Assembly (NCBI GenBank): GCA_964388265.1
Contig: CAYLXZ010000011.1
Location: forward strand, 1-24,643
Direction: 5' to 3'
DNA length: 24,643 nucleotides
Source: Candidatus Micrarchaeota archaeon
Lineage (GTDB): Archaea; B1Sed10-29
Shown: piece by piece, positions 17,806 to 24,643 of the stretch
Position numbering within the stretch: the stretch's first letter is position 1
How the letters are laid out: each line of letters opens with the position of its first letter
The notes under the pieces: generated by a model
What the model was told of the DNA's origin: nothing
The model's input: only the letters and a program-made list of their open reading frames with translations
Database searches by the model: none
Made by a program: the position numbers and the translations under genes

Positions 17806-18746
17806 TGAACAAACTTAAAAACCCAATAAGAAAAACCGTGAAAACCGCATTCAACATAACAAAAGGAGAAGAAGTAGTAATAGTTACAGACGAAGATAAA
17901 CTAGACATAGCAAGAGTATTCGCCGATGAACTAGATAACCTAGGAGCAAAAGTAAACGTAGATCTATTACTAGAGGAAAACAGACCCTACACAGAACTCA
18001 CAGACACCTTCAAAGCCTCCATATCCAACCTAGATCTCTTAATCTACATGATGAGAGACATAGTGGAAGAAAAGCCATTCAGAGTCCAGATGGTAGCAAA
18101 AGGAAGAAAAAACGCCAGAGTATGCATGATGCCAGGCGTAACCAGAGATATAGTGGAAAGAACCTTCGACATCGACTACCACGAACTCGAAGACTTCACA
18201 GAAAAAGTAAGAAACTTCCTCAAAAACAGCAAAGAAGTAACAGTAACCAACAAAAAAGGAACAGACATATCATTCTCCGTTGAAGGAAGAGAATTCGAAG
18301 CAGACACAGGTAAAGTCACCAGAAAAGGAGGATACGGAAATCTACCAGCAGGAGAAACCTTCACAGCCCCTGTAGAAGAAACCTTCACAGGAGCAATCCA
18401 CTTCAAATTTATAAGCGACTTCGAAAGCGATAGAGGATTCTTCAAATTTGAAGAAGGCGAAGTAGTGGAACACGGAGGCATATCCCCAAAACTAGAGGAA
18501 ATCATGGAAAAAAAAGAAAACAGAACAATCGGAGAATTCGGAGTAGGAACAAACCCTAAAGCAAGAGCAGTATCGGACTTCCTAGAAGCTGAAAAAGCAA
18601 GAAACACAGTTCACTTCGCCATAGGAGACTCATACGGAAAAGGAAAAAACGAATCCGAATACCACTTCGACTTCCTCCTAGAAGAACCCACAGTCACCGC
18701 AGATGGAAAAGTACTAATGAAAGAAGGAGAGTTCCAATTTTCCTAA
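17805..18746 (+). CDS. aminopeptidase, M29 (thermophilic metalloprotease) family
   Basis: GTD, GNLPAGETFTAP, IGEFGVGTN, EK...TVHFAIG, HFD; TAATG overlap with the upstream gene. Confidence 0.9.
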   Translation: MNKLKNPIRKTVKTAFNITKGEEVVIVTDEDKLDIARVFADELDNLGAKVNVDLLLEENRPYTELTDTFKASISNLDLLIYMMRDIVEEKPFRVQMVAKGRKNARVCMMPGVTRDIVERTFDIDYHELEDFTEKVRNFLKNSKEVTVTNKKGTDISFSVEGREFEADTGKVTRKGGYGNLPAGETFTAPVEETFTGAIHFKFISDFESDRGFFKFEEGEVVEHGGISPKLEEIMEKKENRTIGEFGVGTNPKARAVSDFLEAEKARNTVHFAIGDSYGKGKNESEYHFDFLLEEPTVTADGKVLMKEGEFQFS

Positions 18747-18752
18747 CCACAT

Positions 18753-19238
18753 TCACTCTTTCCTCTGCAGGAGATAACGATCCCTCTCCTGTACACCTAT
18801 CTCACCTTCTCCAACCACCTTCATGTCTCCATATCTTTCTAGTTCTCCTTCATACTTCATAGGAACCGACTGCAGCAAATAACCATTCTCTGAAACAAAA
18901 TCGGGAAGCTCCCCAGCGTAATCGATCAGGTGAACCGAATCAAAAGCCACGACAAGGTCAAAAACTCTCTCTAAACCAGGAGAATCACTGTAAATATAAT
19001 CTATGTAACTTTTCTCAGGCTTCGTAGCCCTTTTAGAAACATCAACACCTTTCAAAACATTAAAAACATATCCTTCATCCTTTAAATAATCCCAGAACCA
19101 AGCCTTACCAACACCTATATCCAAAGCCGTTTCAACCTCCTCCAGAACCTCTCCCATCATAGGAACAAGTTCCCTGTACTTCTCAAGCTGCTTTGACCTC
19201 CAAGACTCATAGATACCGATCGATAAATCCATCTTCAA
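18753..19238 (-). CDS. class I SAM-dependent methyltransferase
   Basis: ALDIGVGKA, GVDVS, FDLVVAFDSVHLI. Confidence 0.85.
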   Translation of the reverse strand: MKMDLSIGIYESWRSKQLEKYRELVPMMGEVLEEVETALDIGVGKAWFWDYLKDEGYVFNVLKGVDVSKRATKPEKSYIDYIYSDSPGLERVFDLVVAFDSVHLIDYAGELPDFVSENGYLLQSVPMKYEGELERYGDMKVVGEGEIGVQERDRYLLQRKE

Positions 19239-19288
19239 TCCCTTTTATTGACACCGCAACATTTATAAATTAATTACTCCTTCTTAAA

Positions 19289-19729
19289 ATGGTAGTTATG
19301 GAAACAGTGAAATGCCCGAAATGTGAATCACCACTTAAACTTCTCACAAAAGGAGAATCATTCGAAGGATGGAGAAAATGCCATAAATGCGAAGAAATAA
19401 CCCACATAATCGCCTCCCATCCAGGAGAATTCTCTTCACAGTCCCTCAGAGAAATTCTAGATAAGCTCAAAGACAACGAAGTAGGAATACAGACACTTCA
19501 ATTCATACTGGACAGCGGCACAGCCCAAGAAAAAGACATATTCTTCTGCGTAGGGAAAAAGTCACAGACAGTTCTAGATCTCCTCGTGAACCTAGAAGTA
19601 CTGGAAAGAAACTCAAAGAGATACAAAATCAAGAAACCATTCAAAGAATACATACAAGAATACATAGAAGACGAGTTAAGAGAAAAAAGCTACAACAAGA
19701 GAAAGATGAAACAGAAAATCAACATATAG
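19289..19729 (+). CDS. zinc-ribbon plus winged-helix-like protein
   Basis: CPKC...CHKC, then ...VLDLLVNLEVLERNSKRYKI. Confidence 0.65.
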   Translation: MVVMETVKCPKCESPLKLLTKGESFEGWRKCHKCEEITHIIASHPGEFSSQSLREILDKLKDNEVGIQTLQFILDSGTAQEKDIFFCVGKKSQTVLDLLVNLEVLERNSKRYKIKKPFKEYIQEYIEDELREKSYNKRKMKQKINI

Positions 19730-19754
19730 AAACCCCACATAGAGAGGAAGAAGA

Positions 19755-20531
19755 ATGAACTCCCCAGAGAATTCTCTGAAGACACTGAAGAAATCAATCA
19801 AGCAAATACCGGATAAACTATCCGAAAAACAAGAACTCTACAATCTAACTAGATTCACAGCTATACTAGCCATAGCAGCGATAGCACTCTTCTACCTCTC
19901 ATCACTCAACCTAAAGATGGAGTTTACAAGAAGACAAGTAGCAATACAGACCACAGGAGTACTCCAACTTACAGGAATCAACAGCAGCTTCTACCCCCAC
20001 TCAGCAATGATTCCAAAGAACTCCGAAGCGCTACCAGAAGCAAGGCAGAAGTTCCTTAACCTCGGATTCCGAGAGATACCAAGAGAAAACACAACCCAGT
20101 TCCTCTCAGGACCACTTCACCCACAGAAACAGGAAGTATACAACTCCTACGTTCAGAACCTCAAAGAACAGGGAAACCGAATCTACACCTCCCCAGCCAT
20201 GATAACAATTCAGAACCCTAGAAAAGGGATCAAGCCGTTTCAAGTGAATCTAGTACCCGAATGTGTGGGTTGGATAGGTATGTTCGCAGTGATAGCGCTT
20301 ATAATAGCCTACCCAGACGCCGATAAAAAAGAAAGATTCCTAGGAATAATTCTATCCATACCACTAATCCACTTAATGAACATAGTGAGACTATCCACCA
20401 CGATATATGCAGGATGGAGCATGGGAAAACAGACACTGCACCTCGTGCACGATGTGCTCTGGAAAACAATACTCATAATCTGGGCACTCATACTATGGAT
20501 AATCTGGATAAAATACATAGTGGAAAAATAA
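19755..20531 (+). CDS. archaeosortase/exosortase family protein
   Basis: Catalytic-type residues V..ECVG, NIVR and HDVLW set in a multi-TM C-terminal half. Confidence 0.85.
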   Translation: MNSPENSLKTLKKSIKQIPDKLSEKQELYNLTRFTAILAIAAIALFYLSSLNLKMEFTRRQVAIQTTGVLQLTGINSSFYPHSAMIPKNSEALPEARQKFLNLGFREIPRENTTQFLSGPLHPQKQEVYNSYVQNLKEQGNRIYTSPAMITIQNPRKGIKPFQVNLVPECVGWIGMFAVIALIIAYPDADKKERFLGIILSIPLIHLMNIVRLSTTIYAGWSMGKQTLHLVHDVLWKTILIIWALILWIIWIKYIVEK

Positions 20532-20594
20532 GAAAGGTTATAAAAAAAGAAACCTTATTCAATAAACAACTAAGAAAGTCAAGGGAGCTACACC

Positions 20595-22532
20595 ATGACC
20601 AATAAAAAATCCAAGGCAGATGAACTCAAAGAAAGACAGAAAGAACTAAACAAAAAACTAGAAGAGCTAGAAGAAGGATCCGAAGCAGAAGAACTAGAAG
20701 AAATACTCCAAGAAGACTTCAGAGAAAACAAAGAAATAGCCGAGAAGATAGACAGACTCACAGAGATACTAAAAGAAGCAGCAGAAGAGGAAGAAGAAAC
20801 AGAGCTAGAAAATATGATGGATAGCATCATGAACTCACAGATGAAGCTAATAGAAGAGATAAAAGATATCAAGGAAGAGAGCAAAGGACCATCCACAGAT
20901 CTCGAAGAAAAAATAGATAATCTTAACAAAGCAATACACGAACTACCTGATGAAAAGAAGCTGGATACATTTGAAAAAGAAGTCTCCAACCTCGAGGAAA
21001 AACTCAACGGAATAGATGAAAAACTAGAAAAAGAACCCAAAGGATCCAAGACAACGCTAAAAACAATGAAGAAGGACCTGGATTCCCTACAGGAACAACT
21101 AAACAATCTCCCCCAAGAAATAGCCGAAGAAGAAGGAAAACACGGAGAAATAGAGAAAAAAACCCAGAAACTGATGAATCAAGTTCAAGAGATGGATAAT
21201 ACCCTTGAAGAAACCGAGCTAGGTAAACTTGAAGAGATAACCGAACAGCTCGAAAGCCTACAGAAAAAACAAGAAGAAAGAAGAAAAAGCAAGATCGACA
21301 CAGTAGTGCAGTCCTTGGACAAAATAGAGAAAGAATTAGAATCCAAAGAAAAACAAGGAACATCAAACCAGCTATCTAAATCAATAACCAAACTGCATGA
21401 GAAAATAGATTCAATAGACAAACAGATAGATAAAATAGAAAGCTCAACCGATCAAGAAACAGTTAAATACTTCGAAGCCGTGAGCAAAGATCTATCCGAA
21501 GTGGAAGAAACCCTAGAAAACATAGAAGAACACTTAGGAGAATCTCACGTATCGGAGAAGACAATGAGGAGTACAAGGGAAAAAATAAAGGAAGCTAAAA
21601 AAGCAACCGAGAAAGCGAAAGAAGAAAAACCAAAAGAAGAAGATGTGGAAAAACTGAAATCCAAACAGAAATCAGTGAAACCCCCGAAAGCAAAAGCAGT
21701 GAAAGAAGAAGAAAAAGAAAAACTAAAAGAAGCAAAAGAGAAACTGAAAAAAGCAGAAGAAAAAGCAAAGGAAAAACAACCAGAGATCAAAGGCACAACC
21801 TGCCCAATATGTGGAGAAGAGTTCGACAGCGAAAAAGGAATGAAGATACACAAATCCAAATCACACGAAGAAGGAGAAGAAAAGTCAAGAAAGGTCAAAT
21901 CAGAGGAAGTCAAGGAACTCAGAGAAAGGCTGGAAAAACCACTTGAAAAAATAAAGAAAAACGAAGAAGAATACGAAAAAACACAGAAAGAAGCCGAAGA
22001 GATGAAGAAACACGCAGAAGGAGTGAAAGAGAAAAATAAAGCCAAGTTAAATGAATTCGTAGATGAAATGGATCCTCAAGAAGAGATAGAAATCAAGAAA
22101 GTATCAGAAAAGCTCGACATCTCCCAAAAAACCACAATAAATTACCTTAAAGAAAAAGTAAAAGATAGAAAAGACCTCGAACTAAAAGGAACAGGCATCA
22201 TGAGTAAACTCCTAAGGAAAAAACCCAAATTACTCAAGATAGAGACTGAAAAGTGCCCAATATGCGAGAAAGAGATGAAAGAAGAAAAAGTAGATGATCA
22301 TCTCAGAGGAGAACACGAAGAATACAAAGAAATCGATGAAATAGTAGATAAAGTTCCATTAAACAAGAATGTAGATATAAAGAAAGCCGGGGAAGACCTA
22401 GATCTCTCCAAAGAAGCCATGGTCAAGATACTGAAGGTCTACAAAGACAGGAACCCAGATAAGATAAAGCTGCTTGATGAAAAGTCAAAATCCACGGAAA
22501 AAAATCCAGAGTACTTCATAAAGAAAAAATAG
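20595..22532 (+). CDS. long coiled-coil protein with two C2H2 zinc fingers and two HTH-like modules
   Basis: About 400 aa of E/K-rich heptads; CPICGEEFDSEKGMKIHKSKSH and CPICEKEMKEEKVDDHLRGEH; BRE-TATA AGAAAGG-TTATAAAA at 20531-20545. Confidence 0.75.
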   Translation: MTNKKSKADELKERQKELNKKLEELEEGSEAEELEEILQEDFRENKEIAEKIDRLTEILKEAAEEEEETELENMMDSIMNSQMKLIEEIKDIKEESKGPSTDLEEKIDNLNKAIHELPDEKKLDTFEKEVSNLEEKLNGIDEKLEKEPKGSKTTLKTMKKDLDSLQEQLNNLPQEIAEEEGKHGEIEKKTQKLMNQVQEMDNTLEETELGKLEEITEQLESLQKKQEERRKSKIDTVVQSLDKIEKELESKEKQGTSNQLSKSITKLHEKIDSIDKQIDKIESSTDQETVKYFEAVSKDLSEVEETLENIEEHLGESHVSEKTMRSTREKIKEAKKATEKAKEEKPKEEDVEKLKSKQKSVKPPKAKAVKEEEKEKLKEAKEKLKKAEEKAKEKQPEIKGTTCPICGEEFDSEKGMKIHKSKSHEEGEEKSRKVKSEEVKELRERLEKPLEKIKKNEEEYEKTQKEAEEMKKHAEGVKEKNKAKLNEFVDEMDPQEEIEIKKVSEKLDISQKTTINYLKEKVKDRKDLELKGTGIMSKLLRKKPKLLKIETEKCPICEKEMKEEKVDDHLRGEHEEYKEIDEIVDKVPLNKNVDIKKAGEDLDLSKEAMVKILKVYKDRNPDKIKLLDEKSKSTEKNPEYFIKKK

Positions 22533-22540
22533 GTTAAACC

Positions 22541-22957
22541 ATGAATAAAGAGGAAGGATCCTTCTCAGCCCTAGGAACCATGTTTTTAGTATGGATATCG
22601 ATAACCGCAGCGATTGGAGTATACTACTGGGCGGAAGGGCTTAACACCCAACCCAATGTAGCTACTAAATCTGTAAGAGCTTTCACAGTGGAAGGCTGCG
22701 ATATAAACCCCGCTGGAAACCCTAAAGTAGAGGTTAGAAACGTTGGTTCACTCCCCATAAACAGATCTATTAAATTATATAACTCTCAAAAGAACTATAT
22801 TGGGTATCTGGATTTCTCTAAGGCCATAAATGGTAGTTTGGATCCAGGTGAAGCTGATTTCTTGGACGTAATGGAACTAAATGGGACATTAGAAGAAAAA
22901 AAGACTTATATATTACTCGGAGAAGGAGTGCCTGAAGTGAACTTTATGTGCCATTAA
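22541..22957 (+). CDS. type IV pilin-like protein (divergent paralog)
   Basis: EEG|SFSALG...IGVYYW; shares FT.E.CD, VRN.GS and TY....G.P.V.F.C with the two downstream pilins. Confidence 0.8.
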   Translation: MNKEEGSFSALGTMFLVWISITAAIGVYYWAEGLNTQPNVATKSVRAFTVEGCDINPAGNPKVEVRNVGSLPINRSIKLYNSQKNYIGYLDFSKAINGSLDPGEADFLDVMELNGTLEEKKTYILLGEGVPEVNFMCH

Positions 22958-22983
22958 CACAACTTTTATAAATAAGGATTGTC

Positions 22984-23154
22984 TTACTAGGATAGAGGTG
23001 ATAAGATATGGAAAAAGGTATCTCACCAGTGATAGCAGTCGTGCTATTAATTGCTATTGCAGTTATTTCTGCAGTAGGTGTCTGGTACTGGGTAGGAGGA
23101 CTAGCCAGCAAACCAGGAGGAGTCCAACAAGCGCAAACAGGATTCACAATAGAA
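22984..23154 (+). repeat. 171-bp perfect repeat, pilin 5' region (partner at 23463-23633)
   Basis: Base-by-base identity from TTACTAGGATAGAGG to TTCACAATAGAA. Confidence 0.93.
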
Positions 23155-23418
23155 AGCTGTGACACCACAGCTGGAGACCAAAAAGTACTAGTAAGAAACA
23201 CAGGCTCCACAGACCTTACTGGAAACGCATCAGTATACGATCAGAGCAATGAAGAGGTAGGAGTCCTTAGATTTGACAACGCTAGTAATGGTGAACTAGG
23301 TGTAAGCCAAGTAGAATATGTCAGATACGATAACATAACTGTTAACGGCAGCTTAGGTTCAGGAGAAACCTACACTGTAATTGAAGGTGGATTACCAACA
23401 GTACAGTTCACCTGTTAA
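23008..23418 (+). CDS. archaeal type IV pilin (class III signal peptide)
   Basis: MEKG|ISPVIAVVLLIAIAV; own TATA TTTTATAAA at 22964-22972; SD GAGGTGA. Confidence 0.92.
   Translation: MEKGISPVIAVVLLIAIAVISAVGVWYWVGGLASKPGGVQQAQTGFTIESCDTTAGDQKVLVRNTGSTDLTGNASVYDQSNEEVGVLRFDNASNGELGVSQVEYVRYDNITVNGSLGSGETYTVIEGGLPTVQFTC
23358..23414 (+). repeat. 57-bp perfect repeat, pilin 3' region (partner at 23816-23872)
   Basis: TTCAGGAGAAACC...CAGTTCACCTG is identical in both genes. Confidence 0.93.
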
Positions 23419-23486
23419 AGAGTTCCGTGAAAAACCACAAAAGGTTTATAAGTAGGAACGTGTTACTAGGATAGAGGTGATAAGAT

Positions 23487-23876
23487 ATGGAAAAAGGTAT
23501 CTCACCAGTGATAGCAGTCGTGCTATTAATTGCTATTGCAGTTATTTCTGCAGTAGGTGTCTGGTACTGGGTAGGAGGACTAGCCAGCAAACCAGGAGGA
23601 GTCCAACAAGCGCAAACAGGATTCACAATAGAAGACTGTGATACAGATGAAGACCAAGTACTAATAAGGAATACGGGCTCTATAGATATAGCGAGCAGTG
23701 CCTCGGTTTACAACTCCAGCAATGACGAGGTAGGAGCAATACAGATGAATGCCTCGGAACTCGTCCTAGGAGTAGAGGAAGTAGGATACAGAAACGTCAC
23801 AGGCGCTAACTTGACTTCAGGAGAAACCTACACTGTAATTGAAGGTGGATTACCAACAGTACAGTTCACCTGCTAG
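23487..23876 (+). CDS. archaeal type IV pilin (class III signal peptide)
   Basis: Same N-terminal 49 aa as the 23008 gene; own TATA TTTATAA at 23445-23451. Confidence 0.92.
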   Translation: MEKGISPVIAVVLLIAIAVISAVGVWYWVGGLASKPGGVQQAQTGFTIEDCDTDEDQVLIRNTGSIDIASSASVYNSSNDEVGAIQMNASELVLGVEEVGYRNVTGANLTSGETYTVIEGGLPTVQFTC

Positions 23877-23920
23877 AGAGACCGCGAGGTCTTTCAAACC
23901 TTGTTTTTTATTTATGTTTC
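23877..23920 (+). terminator. hairpin plus T-tract after the pilin genes
   Basis: AGACC-GCGA-GGTCT followed by TTGTTTTTTATTTATGTTTC. Confidence 0.55.
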
Positions 23921-24037
23921 TTGATCTAATTTTGATGTGTTTTAAGTTCTAGTTGAATCTGTCTCGATTTATCTTAACTTGCTCTATATTATATAAAAAG
24001 AGAAAGGGCCAGGGAGAGAGGGAGGTGGGTGGCTGAA

Positions 24038-24478
24038 TTACCCCTTGGCCCAGTAGAGAACCCTTTTTCCAGCGCGTTCCTTTTCAAGGAACCCTTTCTT
24101 GTACAGGGAGTTAAGTCTTGCGGAGGCGGCGTTTCTCCCTTTGTATCCGAGTGCGTCTTGAATTTCGGCTGCGTCGACTTTACCTTTGTCCTTTACGTGG
24201 TTGTACACTTTTTTATCAACTTTAGATAGTGTCTCTTCATTGGCTACTGTGTTTTTTTCTTTGTTTGAGTTTTTGCTCTCTCCTATTTCTTGGTGTAGTT
24301 CGTCTAGTTTATCTGTTATTTTCTTGAATAGTTCATTGGTTTTTTTTCTTTCTTTTGAGAGCCTGTACATCAGTAGACCAATGGTTTCTGGGTCGTTGAA
24401 CTCTTCTTTATCGTACTTCACGTCGAAGAGCATGTTCTGGAACTCTTCTTCCGTTTCATCCTGTGGATCGATACCCAT
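24038..24478 (-). CDS. coiled-coil plus winged-helix DNA-binding protein
   Basis: LSKVDKKVYNHV...AAEIQDALGYKGRNAASARLNSLYKKGFLEKERAGKRVLY. Confidence 0.8.
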   Translation of the reverse strand: MGIDPQDETEEEFQNMLFDVKYDKEEFNDPETIGLLMYRLSKERKKTNELFKKITDKLDELHQEIGESKNSNKEKNTVANEETLSKVDKKVYNHVKDKGKVDAAEIQDALGYKGRNAASARLNSLYKKGFLEKERAGKRVLYWAKG

Positions 24479-24595
24479 TTTTTCACGTTCGTGTGATGTG
24501 TTCGGGTTCTCATCATGACTGGGTACTTACCAGTCACATGTATCATGATGGAATCATGATTTATATAACTTTTGGTTTTAAATACCTACAGGGTG

Positions 24596-24643
24596 ATGGG
24601 TCAAAAAATCATGACAAGTTCAAGAATTGAAGAAAGAGAATCA
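24596..24643 (+). CDS. probable 5' end of a gene running out of the window
   Basis: TTTAAATA TATA, GGGTGA, then in-frame ATGs at 24596 and 24611; frame stays open to the window end. Confidence 0.4.
   Translation, partial: MGQKIMTSSRIEERES

Noticed and set aside
20588..22045. Ser/Phe-rich antisense ORFs here and similar ones elsewhere (for example 5959-6489, 11535-11921, 18176-18607, 22944-23210)
   Set aside because: They are shadows of A/G-rich genes on the opposite strand, with no motifs or SD.
20595..22532. SMC/Rad50 assignment
   Set aside because: No Walker A/B or signature motif; the CPIC motifs have downstream His pairs (C2H2) rather than a hook context.
22984..23876. Pilin pair as a diversity-generating retroelement TR/VR
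   Set aside because: Differences are not adenine-specific, include indels, and no reverse transcriptase is in the window.

Overview
Archaeal chromosomal window, inferred from Alba, Sec61beta/SecG, ATP-dependent ligase, archaeal NusA-like protein, class III signal-peptide pilins, TATA boxes and GGTGA-type SD motifs. The compact layout is compatible with a DPANN-like lineage, but this is not provable here. Housekeeping content: tRNA-Val(GAC), tRNA-Arg(TCT), secG (missed by the ORF track), lig, alba, NusA-like, yjbQ, argS, M29 aminopeptidase, a CBS protein and a methyltransferase. Main points of interest: (1) tandem pilins whose 5' 171 bp and 3' 57 bp are 100% identical around a strongly diverged centre, suggesting recombinational pilin variation; they sit downstream of an archaeosortase and a coiled-coil/C2H2 protein, with a G-quadruplex-type motif nearby; (2) a HerA-like ATPase with a LAGLIDADG+HTH intein in its Walker A motif, broken by a +1 frame change; (3) two accessory modules, a RelE-type TA pair and a 28-aa repeat protein, each bracketed by short direct repeats starting at stop codons; (4) three paralogous membrane-anchored GATase-like-fold proteins; (5) a dUTPase/dCTP deaminase homolog with degenerate catalytic motifs. 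All family calls come from motif recognition by eye; no searches were run.
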